This document shows, one piece after another, positions 10,142 through 18,970 of a stretch of DNA of 64,000 nucleotides (position 1 is the stretch's first letter; every line of letters starts with the position of its first letter). A program made the position numbers and the translations under genes. The notes under the pieces were generated by a model. The model saw nothing but the letters and a program-made list of their open reading frames with translations, was not told where the DNA came from and ran no database searches. Origin of the DNA: an uncultured bacterium (lineage in GTDB: Bacteria > Chloroflexota > UBA5177 > JANWHV01); NCBI GenBank assembly GCA_963729625.1, contig CAVSOU010000010.1:224001-288000 (forward strand), written 5' to 3'.

Positions 10142-11205
10142 GACAGCCGCCCGAAGGTGACTCGCGGGTCGATCGCCACGTAAAGCAGGTCGATGATGAT
10201 GTTCGCGCAGACGACCCAGATCGCTACCAGCAGGACGATCCCTTGAATCACTGGGATGTCGGTATTGTTCACCGCCGAGACAAGGAGCCCGCCGATACCG
10301 GGGATTCCGAAGACGGCCTCGACAAACACCGTTGCTGTCAGCGCGGAAGTAACCAGCAACCCAGATGCGGTCAGGATCGGGATCAGCGCGTTTCTGAGCA
10401 CGTACCGCGTGTAGATCCGCCGGCGAGAAACTCCTCGCGCGCGTGCGAAGGCGACGTAGTCCATCTCCGTTTGCTCGAGCATCGCCGCGCGCGAGATCTT
10501 CGTTACGAAGCCAAGAGGCGCCAGCGCCATCACAACACCGGGCAGGATCAGGTGGTTCACCTCGTCGAAACCGCCGTTGCCGAGGCCAACGACCGGAAAG
10601 ATGGTCCAGTGAATGGCGAAGGTGTAGAGGAGCACAATCGCAAGGACGAAGCTCGGGAAGCTACCGGAGAAGATACCGGTCGCGACGGCTATGCGGTCTA
10701 CGAGTCCGCCGCGGGATCGCGCGGCAAGCATCCCGAGACTGATGCCGATCGTGAGCGAAATCACTATGGCGATCGCGTTCAGCGCTAAGGTCACTCCGAA
10801 GCGTTGCCTGAGCTCGGTCGCCACCGGCTCGCTCGTGTAAATCGAGGTACCGAGGTTCCCGTGGACTACGTCGCGCAACCACGTCACGTATTGCGTGAAA
10901 AGCGAATCGTTTAGGTGATAGCGGGCCTTGATCGCCTCGACGGCCGCTGTGTCCGTCGCGTGGCCGCCGAGCAGGGCGGCCACCGGTCCGCCGGGAACGA
11001 GCGACGTAAGCAGGAAGACGACGACCGTGACGCTAAACACGATTGGGATGAGGAGCAAGATGCGACCTACCGCGTAAGCTCCGAGTCCGCTGCGTCGCGC
11101 GGCTGCCTCCCGTCGACTTCGCCAACGGCTGAGCCAGGCTCGTCCCCGTTTCGTCTCTTCACTCCTAGCTTGTCCGCCGTCGCATCGCTTCAGAGGTTTC
11201 GCCAT
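10138..11205 (-). CDS. Peptide ABC transporter permease (DppB-like)
   Basis: GNLGTS, HLILP, DYVAFARARG, LRNALIP; start placed at ATG 11205, downstream of the hairpin. Confidence 0.93.
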   Translation of the reverse strand: MAKPLKRCDGGQARSEETKRGRAWLSRWRSRREAAARRSGLGAYAVGRILLLIPIVFSVTVVVFLLTSLVPGGPVAALLGGHATDTAAVEAIKARYHLNDSLFTQYVTWLRDVVHGNLGTSIYTSEPVATELRQRFGVTLALNAIAIVISLTIGISLGMLAARSRGGLVDRIAVATGIFSGSFPSFVLAIVLLYTFAIHWTIFPVVGLGNGGFDEVNHLILPGVVMALAPLGFVTKISRAAMLEQTEMDYVAFARARGVSRRRIYTRYVLRNALIPILTASGLLVTSALTATVFVEAVFGIPGIGGLLVSAVNNTDIPVIQGIVLLVAIWVVCANIIIDLLYVAIDPRVTFGRLS

Positions 11206-11213
11206 ATCCTGTC

Positions 11214-11262
11214 GCCTTGCTGTGGCGTCCCTCCAGTGCCGGCGGGACGCCACAGGCAAGGC
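11214..11262 (-). promoter_or_regulatory. Intercistronic stem-loop between SBP and permease genes
   Basis: GCCTTGC-TGTGGCGTCCC pairs with GGGACGCCACA-G-GCAAGGC. Confidence 0.7.
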
Positions 11263-11268
11263 GATGGC

Positions 11269-12900
11269 CTACATGCTGTTCAGGTCGTTCAGCCAGAGGC
11301 TCCAGGGCGTGAACGCGTGGAGATTGCTGAATGACCAGCCGTTCTTCACCGCCACGACCTGATCGTTCCAGCCCAGGTTGATCAGTGGCACTGCTTGGGA
11401 CGCAAGCGCCGCCGCCTGGATCGTCAGTGTGGCAGCTTTCGATGCCGGTGTCGCGGTCAGGGACTGCTTCAGGATTGAGTCGACCTGTGGGTTGCAGTAG
11501 TTCGATGAGTTGTTGCCGTTGAACACAGCCTGGTCGCAGTTGAAATATTCCCACGGCATCTCATGCGGATCCGGGGCATCGGGCGAGTTGCCGATCATCT
11601 GCACGCCTAGGTTCGGCTTGTGATTCAAGATGATCTGGAACCGCGGGCCGCCTGGCATCAGGCGAAGCGTGACGTTCACGCCGATCTTCGCCCAGTCGTT
11701 CTTCACTATTTGCGCCGCCAACGTATCGTACAACGAGTCTGTCGGAACGTTGATGGTCGTTGAGAACCCATGCGGAACCGGCGACGCTGCCAGCGATGCC
11801 TTGGCCTTCGCGAGGTCGAAGGGCAGGTTCAGGAACAGCGTTCCGTACAACTTAGACACCGTCGCGGCCGGCAGACTCGCCGAGTAGATCGATGGGTCGT
11901 TCAGCGTCACCGCGACCCGGCCATAGCCGCGCATGACCGCCTGCTGGATCCCCGCTGCATCGGTCGCGTAGGCAAGCGCCTTGCGCACGTTGATGTTACT
12001 GAATGGGAACTGCTTCATGTCCAGCGTCAGTGCCTGCCAGTAGTCCGCGGCGTATGCCTGAACGTGGCTGAACGACGCATATTGCGCGGCCATCGCAGCC
12101 TGAACCGAGAACGTGCCATCGATCTCGCCGCTGCGAAGCGCGAGCAACATTGTCTGCGCATCCGGGATCCCCTTGAAGATGATCGTGTCCCACTTCGGCT
12201 TCGGGCCGTAGTAGTACGGATTCCTCACGAGAGTGATCTGCGAGTCAGGCACATACTGCTGAACCATGTACGGTCCTGCGCCGACCGGAAGCACCTGCGG
12301 AGTCCCATAGTTCTGCAGGTTTGCTTCGACAGACTTCTTCTCGTAGACGAAGCCGACGATGCTGGCGGGGAGGTACTGCACGAGCGAGTCTGGGTGCGTG
12401 AGTACCACGGTCACCGTGTCTGGACCAGTTGCAGTGACCGACTTGACGCTGCTGAAGAGCGCGGCCTCCTGCGCGGCAACCTTCGGATCGAGCTGGAGCC
12501 CGAGCGTGTACGCGATATCCGTCGCCGTGACCGGGCTTCCGTCCGAGAACTTCACGCCGGGGCGGACGGTGTAGACGTACTTCGTCGGGCTGACTTGCTT
12601 CCACGCCGAGAAGATCGCCGGCTGCAGCTGCTGCTGCGGGCCATACGTGAGCATCTGCCCCTGGATCAGCACCATGACCCAGGAGCCCAGGGTCGAGTAG
12701 TCAGTCGGGACAAAGAGCGTACGCGGCAGAGCCTGAACTCCCCACGTCAGCGTGGTGCCGGCAGCCTGCGCCGTGGCGCGTGCTTGGCTCGCGGGGACGC
12801 TCCCCGCGCCGGCAACGGTTGCGCCAGCGATGAGCGTCGCCACGACGAGACGTAGCACGCTTCTGCTTCGACCAGCAGTCGAGATTCTCGGAAGATGCAT
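11269..12900 (-). CDS. Peptide ABC transporter substrate-binding protein (family 5)
   Basis: Signal peptide; VRPGVKFSDGSPVTATD, GAGPY, VRKALAYA; ATG 12900 preceded by purine-rich RBS. Confidence 0.93.
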   Translation of the reverse strand: MHLPRISTAGRSRSVLRLVVATLIAGATVAGAGSVPASQARATAQAAGTTLTWGVQALPRTLFVPTDYSTLGSWVMVLIQGQMLTYGPQQQLQPAIFSAWKQVSPTKYVYTVRPGVKFSDGSPVTATDIAYTLGLQLDPKVAAQEAALFSSVKSVTATGPDTVTVVLTHPDSLVQYLPASIVGFVYEKKSVEANLQNYGTPQVLPVGAGPYMVQQYVPDSQITLVRNPYYYGPKPKWDTIIFKGIPDAQTMLLALRSGEIDGTFSVQAAMAAQYASFSHVQAYAADYWQALTLDMKQFPFSNINVRKALAYATDAAGIQQAVMRGYGRVAVTLNDPSIYSASLPAATVSKLYGTLFLNLPFDLAKAKASLAASPVPHGFSTTINVPTDSLYDTLAAQIVKNDWAKIGVNVTLRLMPGGPRFQIILNHKPNLGVQMIGNSPDAPDPHEMPWEYFNCDQAVFNGNNSSNYCNPQVDSILKQSLTATPASKAATLTIQAAALASQAVPLINLGWNDQVVAVKNGWSFSNLHAFTPWSLWLNDLNSM

Positions 12901-13142
12901 CTCCGCATTCCCCTTTCCGGGTTGAAACGCCGAAGCCGCTCGGTTGCGCCCGCAGACGTCAACCCGAGGCAGCTCGACAGGTCGGTTACGACCGTACACG
13001 CCGCGCATCGCGCAGCAAGACAACTACTACACAGGGATTGCACATCAGTACAAGCTACAAGAAGCCCAAGTCAAGCCGTACGTCCTACGCTCGACACCCC
13101 CTTTCGTTCCTCAGCCGCACCTCGGCTCGATTAGTAGACCAT

Positions 13143-13171
13143 ATCGTATAATGTATACAATGGGTTGTCAA
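13143..13171 (-). promoter_or_regulatory. Sigma70 promoter of the peptide ABC operon with a GntR-type palindrome in the spacer
   Basis: Minus strand TTGACA (13171-66), 17 bp, TACGAT (13148-43); TGTATACA at 13152-59. Confidence 0.75.
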
Positions 13172-13260
13172 GCTGACTTCGATGCTTCGGCATCGGAGGT
13201 TCCCGGCGCCAAATGCTCCCACTGAGACAGGCGCTCTTCCGCCCGGCCCTTGCTGTCCGG

Positions 13261-13310
13261 TTGACAAGCGGCAGGGCAGTGATGGATATTGGATACAAAA
13301 TGGTAGCCAA
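13261..13310 (+). promoter_or_regulatory. Promoter and GntR-type operator for the pepP-gntR-dapA-like operon
   Basis: TTGACA at 13261, weak -10 GATATT; TTGGATAC-AAAATG-GTAGCCAA inverted repeat at 13289-13310. Confidence 0.55.
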
Positions 13311-13338
13311 GAATCGAGAGGGTGAAAGCGATAGGGTC

Positions 13339-14748
13339 GTGATAGAGGCAACGAGAACAGGTGCCGACGAGCGGCAAACGCCCCCGGATGGACAGCCCGA
13401 ATTGACCTCCGATGAATACGCCACGCGCCGCGGCCGTGTCTATGAGGCGATCGGCCCCAACGCGCTGGCCGTCGTCCAGGGCGCCGTGGCGCCCGGCGGA
13501 TTCTACCCCTTCCGTCAGTCGAATGAATTCTACTACCTCTGCGGTATCGCGGCGCCGCATGCGTACCTGCTCCTGAACGGACGCACGCGCCAGACGACTC
13601 TCTACCTTCCGCACCGGGACAGCCGCCGCGCCGCGAGCGACGGGGAAGGCCTGTCCGCCGAGGATGAGGACGGCGCGAGGCGCCTCAGCGGGGTTGAGGC
13701 CGTAGCCGGTCCGGAGCGGCTGGCCGCCGATCTGGCCGCGGTCCTCTGGCGCGGGCCGGCGCCTGCGCTCTACACGCCGCACGCTCCTGCCGAAGGAGCG
13801 GCAGCCACGAGGGATATGATGCTCACCGCGGCCGCACAGGCCGCCTCCGACCCTTGGCACGGCGCGGAGGCGCGCGAATCGCTCTTCGTGCGGTCCATCA
13901 CCGCTCGGTTCCCCCAGTTTGAGGTGCGCGACTTCACACCGATCCTTGATCGGATGCGTTTGATCAAGAGCGCGGCGGAGGTGGCGCTTCTGCGCCGGGC
14001 CGCGCGGCTGTGCGGCCAAGGTCTCGTGGAGGCGATGCGCTCGACCACTCCCGGGGCCATGGAGTATCAGCTGGCGGCGACCGCGCGCCTGGTGTTCGCG
14101 AACGGCGGCGCGCAAGGCGACGGCTATCAGCCCATCGTGGCCTCGGGCGCGAATGCCTGGCATGGCCATTACTCTGCCAACAACTGCGCCCTGCGCGCAG
14201 GGGACCTGGTCTTGATGGACTACGCGCCCGACTACCACTACTACACGAGCGACATCGGGCGCATGTGGCCGGTCGATGGGATTTACCGGCCGTGGCAACG
14301 CGAGCTCTACGGATTCATGGTTGAGTACCATAACCGACTGTTGACGCACATTCGGCCCGGAGTGACAGCGACCGCCATACTGAAGGAAACAGCGGGAGAG
14401 ATGGAGGACGTGATCGCGCGAACGGCGTTCTCCAAGCCGATCTACGAGCAGGCAGCTCGGCGAACGCTCGTGTTTGCCGGACACCTCTCGCACCCGGTCG
14501 GCATGGCCGTGCACGACGTCGGGGACTACCGGCCCGATGCCCTGGTGCCCGGCCTCGTTATCGCCGTGGATCCGCAGCTGTTGGTGCCGGAGGAACGGCT
14601 CTACGTTCGCGTGGAGGACACCGTCGTCGTGACCGGCGACGGCATCGAAAACCTCACGGGCTTCGTGCCGAGCGCGCTCGACGAGATCGAGCGTCTGATG
14701 CGCCAGAGTGGGCCATTGCAACGGAATGCTGCTGTCAATGAGCCTTGA
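13339..14748 (+). CDS. Xaa-Pro aminopeptidase (M24B)
   Basis: FRQSNEFYYLCG, MRLIKS..E, LMD, SDIGR, SHPVGMAVHD, RVEDT; start uncertain. Confidence 0.92.
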   Translation: MIEATRTGADERQTPPDGQPELTSDEYATRRGRVYEAIGPNALAVVQGAVAPGGFYPFRQSNEFYYLCGIAAPHAYLLLNGRTRQTTLYLPHRDSRRAASDGEGLSAEDEDGARRLSGVEAVAGPERLAADLAAVLWRGPAPALYTPHAPAEGAAATRDMMLTAAAQAASDPWHGAEARESLFVRSITARFPQFEVRDFTPILDRMRLIKSAAEVALLRRAARLCGQGLVEAMRSTTPGAMEYQLAATARLVFANGGAQGDGYQPIVASGANAWHGHYSANNCALRAGDLVLMDYAPDYHYYTSDIGRMWPVDGIYRPWQRELYGFMVEYHNRLLTHIRPGVTATAILKETAGEMEDVIARTAFSKPIYEQAARRTLVFAGHLSHPVGMAVHDVGDYRPDALVPGLVIAVDPQLLVPEERLYVRVEDTVVVTGDGIENLTGFVPSALDEIERLMRQSGPLQRNAAVNEP

Positions 14749-15499
14749 CGATCTTCCGGCCGAAGCTATCCGCCAGCGCCGCACGTCTTCCAGCATGGTT
14801 GCGGACGTGTTGCGCGAGGCAATCATGCGGGGCACGCTCAAAGGCGGCCAAACGCTGCGGCAGGACGAGCTGGCCAACCGCTTCGGCCTGAGCCGCATCC
14901 CTGTGCGCGAGGCCCTGCGCCAGCTCGAGGGCGAGGGGCTGGTCACCGTACAGCCCCACTGCGGCACGGTCGTCTCGCAGTTCTCGGGCGCCGAGCTGCA
15001 GGAACTGTGCGAGATACGTGTCGCCCTTGAAGCCACGGCGTTGCGCCTGGCCATCCCTCGGCTAGACGACGACACGCTGAACCGGGCCGCGGCTATCCTG
15101 GTAGAGACTGACGGCGAGACGAACGTGCTCGAGCACTGGAGCCGGAACAACTGGCGTTTTCACTCGACGCTCTACGAGCCCGCCGGGCGCCCGCGCCTCC
15201 TGTCGATGATCAAGACCCTTCACGACACGGTCGATCGCTACCTGCGCCTGCACGTGTCGATCCTGAACTACAAGACGAAGGGTCAGGCGGAGCACTGGAG
15301 CATTCTCGACGCTTGCCGGCGGCGCCAGAGCGCGGTGGCGGTCTCGCTGCTGGAACAGCACATCGAGGCAGTGGCAGTTCTGCTCTCCGATTACCTTGGC
15401 GGCGAGCTCAACTCTGTGGCATCCGGCGACGCGGCGCGGCTGGCTGAGACCCGCGACAGCGCGGCGAGCACGGCAGCCACGGCGGGAAGGGGAAGGTAA
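14738..15499 (+). CDS. GntR family regulator (FCD domain)
   Basis: LANRFGLSRIPVREALRQL winged helix; NWRFH..L and EH..I FCD motifs. Confidence 0.94.
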   Translation: MSLDDLPAEAIRQRRTSSSMVADVLREAIMRGTLKGGQTLRQDELANRFGLSRIPVREALRQLEGEGLVTVQPHCGTVVSQFSGAELQELCEIRVALEATALRLAIPRLDDDTLNRAAAILVETDGETNVLEHWSRNNWRFHSTLYEPAGRPRLLSMIKTLHDTVDRYLRLHVSILNYKTKGQAEHWSILDACRRRQSAVAVSLLEQHIEAVAVLLSDYLGGELNSVASGDAARLAETRDSAASTAATAGRGR

Positions 15500-15589
15500 G
15501 CGCATGCTCAACGCACGAATCTGTCGTCGGTTCGCTCACTGCGGATCCGCCCAACTCACGACCGCTCTCGATTCGCGACTGAAGGTAGC

Positions 15590-16522
15590 GTGATGAGAAT
15601 CACGTGGCACGGCGTGTTACCCGCAATGACCACACCCTTTACCGCCGACGGCGGCGTCGACCACGCCTTCTTCGCCGAGCACTGCGCGGCCCTGGCCGCT
15701 GCCGGTTGCACAGCGCTGGTACCGTCCGGCTCGTTAGGGGAGGCGGCGACGCTGACATTCGACGAGAAAGTCGCGTTGCTGGAGACCGCAGTGCGCTCGG
15801 TCGGCGATCGCATCCCGATCGTCCCCGGAATCGCCGCCCTTTCCACGGCCGACGCCGTGCGCCTGGCCCAGGCGGCCGAGACGGTGGGGTGCAGCGGTCT
15901 GATGGTGCTGCCGCCCTATGCATACTCCACGGATTGGCGCGAGATGAAGGCGCATATTGCGGCCGTGATCGGAGCGACGGAATTGCCGATCATGCTCTAC
16001 AACAACCCCGTCGCCTACACGACCGACTTCCTCCCCGAGCACATTGCCGAGCTGGCTCGCGAGCACGCCAACTTGGCGGCGGTCAAGGAGTCCAGCACTG
16101 ACACGCGCCGCGTAAGGGCCATCCGCGCGCTGCTGGGCGACCGGCTGGAGATCCTGGTGGGCGTGGATGACGGCATTGTGGAGGGGGTGGAGGCTGGAGC
16201 AGTCGGCTGGGTCGCCGGGCTGGTCAACGCCTTCCCGAGTGAGTCGGTCGAGCTCTTTCGACGGGCCATCGCCATGCATGAAGGGCGCGGCGATGCAGTC
16301 GCGCTGGAGGCGTTGTACACCTGGTTCCTGCCCCTGTTGCGGCTGGACACCGTGCCAAAATTCGTTCAATTGATCAAGCTGGCGCAGGAGATGGTTGGGC
16401 TGGGCACCTCCCGGGTACGACCTCCTCGCCTCGAGCTAGCGGACGCCGAGCTGGAAGAGGCTCGGAGCGTCATCCAACAAGCGCTCGCGCATCATCCGAG
16501 CAAAGGAGCCGGAGCCCACTGA
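15590..16522 (+). CDS. DapA-family protein, resembling delta1-pyrroline-4-hydroxy-2-carboxylate deaminase
   Basis: WHGVLPAMTTPF, GSLGE, LYNNP, KESS, PKFVQLIKL; subfamily call is inference. Confidence 0.85.
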   Translation: MMRITWHGVLPAMTTPFTADGGVDHAFFAEHCAALAAAGCTALVPSGSLGEAATLTFDEKVALLETAVRSVGDRIPIVPGIAALSTADAVRLAQAAETVGCSGLMVLPPYAYSTDWREMKAHIAAVIGATELPIMLYNNPVAYTTDFLPEHIAELAREHANLAAVKESSTDTRRVRAIRALLGDRLEILVGVDDGIVEGVEAGAVGWVAGLVNAFPSESVELFRRAIAMHEGRGDAVALEALYTWFLPLLRLDTVPKFVQLIKLAQEMVGLGTSRVRPPRLELADAELEEARSVIQQALAHHPSKGAGAH

Positions 16523-16625
16523 ACGGTCGGGGCTGGCGCGCAGCATGAGCCCTTAAGCAAGGCGTCAGCCTTTTCCGGTTTTTCAGGGCACGTGGCGTGA
16601 GCGAGTTTCTTGTAATCGCATTTGC

Positions 16626-16978
16626 TCATAATGTCCAGATGAGCTGTCGGATTGCAACGGGATCGATGTCTCTCTCGATGCGGGTCTTGGCGCTCGATGC
16701 CGTCGCAAGCGTCCTGGAGTACACGATCTTGTCGGCGGCTCGCCATACTGCCGCGAAGTCCTGCTCAACGGGTGTCTGGTCGGTCCGCGTGTGTGCGGTT
16801 TCCCAGTACGCCATCACGTCGTACATGCGGCGCCCGTCGAGGTAGTGCCCGCGGACCGCTCCAGGTCATTCACGAACTGGTGCACTTCCTCGTCGGGCGC
16901 CGCCCAGTCGAAGTTGCCGTCTTCGTCTGCCACGAACCCGTCCACCGACGTGATCGCCGAGTAGATCAGCTTGGACAT
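16626..16978 (-). pseudogene. Dihydrofolate reductase/RibD C-terminal family protein, frameshifted and 3'-truncated
   Basis: MSKLIYSAITSVDGFVAD...AGT, frame change near 16840, then GRRMYDVMAYW...KIVYSRTL, early stop. Confidence 0.85.
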
Positions 16979-17330
16979 TGCAGCCTCCCTTCGCGCCGAC
17001 GGCGCGGATAAGCCAGTACTTCTCCGGCGCCGGACTCCTGAGTTCGATTGGTACTCTACCCCTGCTACCCCAGCGTCTCGATGGATGACGCGGCGGCGTG
17101 TTGCACCTACAGAGGCATATGCCTGCGGCATTTCGGGGCGTCAAGAGGCCAGCCGGAACAGCAAACTACACCTTTGACGAAAGCGGCGATGTAGCATAGG
17201 CAAGGGCGCATATCGGGCTGAACGATAGGCCCTTGGCACGGCATGCAGTGGGCCGGGATGCGCGCCCTGGGCCCACTTGTGCCATACCGCCCCTGCCACA
17301 GACGGTTCGGTCGCAGGAAGGGAGTGAGGG

Positions 17331-18260
17331 ATGGAGAAACTGGACTTTGGGTTGGTGATGCGGGTCTCGGCACGGGGCGGCACGGTGGCAGACATGGTCG
17401 CCATGAACGAGAGGGTCCTGGCTGCTTGCATGGAGCACGATCTGGCGGCGTGGGTCGTGGACCACTTCCAGTTCGACGCCATGCCGGTGCTCGAGTGCCT
17501 CTCGCTGGTCGCGCATTCCGCTGGCCGCGCGCCCGGGGTGCGCTTTGGCACGCTCGTGCTTGGGCAAGGGTATCGCAACCCGGCCCTGGTCGCGAAGATC
17601 GCCGCGACGTTGCAGTTACTCACGGGCGGGAGGTTCATTCTGGGACTCGGCGCGGGATGGAAGGAGGACGAGCACCGTGCCTATGGCTACCCATACCCGC
17701 CTATTGCGACCCGCATTGCCCAGCTGGAGGAGGCGGTGCAGGTCATCCGCGCCATGTGGACACACTCCCCGGCCAGTTGGAGGGGCGTACACTACTCGGT
17801 GAAGGACGCGTATTGCGAGCCGCGCCCCGAGCCGCCGCCCATACTGATGATCGGTGGCGCGGGCGAGCGACGGACCCTGCGCGTCGTCGCGCGCCACGCC
17901 GATTGGTGGAACGCGGATTACTACTCCCCGACCGAGTATGCGCGAAAGCTCGCCGTCCTGCGCGAGCATTGCCGTGCGGTCGGGCGCGATGTGGCCGCCA
18001 TCGTGCCTACCTACTACGCAACAGTCAGCCTGGCGCGGGACCCGCATGCCGTCGCCGGCATGATGCCGTTGAGCCATCGCGGAGACCTGTATGTGGTACA
18101 GGGCGACCCCGACGCGGTGACACGCCAGCTCGAGCAGTTTGCAGCTCTCGGAGTGCGGCACATGCAGCTTTCGTTCACGGACTTTCCTAGCACGGGGGGG
18201 CTCGAGCTGTTCCTGTCCGATGTGTTGCCTCGCTTCGCGCGAGTAGGCCAACGGGAATAA
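17331..18260 (+). CDS. LLM-class flavin/F420-dependent oxidoreductase
   Basis: DHF, GTLVL..GYRNPALVAK..ATL, GRFILGLGAGW, PPILMIGG, VARHADWWN; RBS present. Confidence 0.92.
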   Translation: MEKLDFGLVMRVSARGGTVADMVAMNERVLAACMEHDLAAWVVDHFQFDAMPVLECLSLVAHSAGRAPGVRFGTLVLGQGYRNPALVAKIAATLQLLTGGRFILGLGAGWKEDEHRAYGYPYPPIATRIAQLEEAVQVIRAMWTHSPASWRGVHYSVKDAYCEPRPEPPPILMIGGAGERRTLRVVARHADWWNADYYSPTEYARKLAVLREHCRAVGRDVAAIVPTYYATVSLARDPHAVAGMMPLSHRGDLYVVQGDPDAVTRQLEQFAALGVRHMQLSFTDFPSTGGLELFLSDVLPRFARVGQRE

Positions 18261-18334
18261 ACGGCCGGGGACGGCCGGGGCGGCGATAGTCGGTCGAGCT
18301 GGACCATTCAGCTGGCGTCTGAGAGGGGAGCAGG

Positions 18335-18505
18335 CTGAACGTCGCCGATAGAAGGCTGAAATTCGATACACTCTCCAAGTGCTACGGAGACGTCGTTGCG
18401 CTTCAGGACCTCAGCTTTAGCGTTCGGGCAGGTGAGCTCTTCTGCTTCGTTTGAGCTAACGGCGCCGGCAATGCGACCACCATGCGCATCGCCATGGGAC
18501 GTGCT
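18335..18505 (+). pseudogene. N-terminal remnant of an ABC ATP-binding protein
   Basis: LKFDTLSKCYGDVVALQDLSFSVRAGELFCFV*ANGAGNATTMRI: degenerate Walker A with TGA at 18452. Confidence 0.75.
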
Positions 18506-18511
18506 TGGTGC

Positions 18512-18934
18512 CGGGAGATCGTTTTTCGCCTGCTGCTGGGCGAGCAGGGCCACCGGCTGCGCCACCTGCCGCTATTGGGCGGGCACAGCCACCGCATCGC
18601 CCGGGCCGTCGAGCGGCTGCGCACCGAGTTCGACCGGCACCTGCGCATCGACGACCTCGCGCAGGAACTGGGCATGAGCTGATCAGGATTCCACGACCAC
18701 TTCAAGGCGATCACGGACCTCAGTCCGCTGCAGTTCCAGAAGGAGTTGCGCCTGCGGGAGGCTCGGCGCCTGATGCTGGGCGAGCATCTCGACGCCACCA
18801 GTGCCGGGTTCCGCGTCGGGTACCACGAGGCGTCGCACTTCAGCCGTGACTACAAGAAGCATTTCGGCATCTCGCCGGCGCGGGACATCGAGCACTTGCG
18901 CGCGACCGTAAGTGGCGCGGTGCAGCAGGTTTAG
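18512..18934 (+). pseudogene. C-terminal remnant of an AraC family regulator
   Basis: REIVFRLL...[33 protein letters not shown]...[11 protein letters not shown]; in-frame TGA at 18680. Confidence 0.85.
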
Positions 18935-18970
18935 ACTGAACCCACCAGAGGAACGCTCGACAAAAGGAGA

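Noticed and set aside
18261-18280. Tandem ACGGCCGGGG x2 after the LLM gene
   Set aside because: Too short in a GC-rich context to support a function
18452-18682. In-frame TGA codons (also 34187) as selenocysteine or recoding
   Set aside because: They fall at non-Cys positions in otherwise degraded genes, and TGA is used as a normal stop throughout the window
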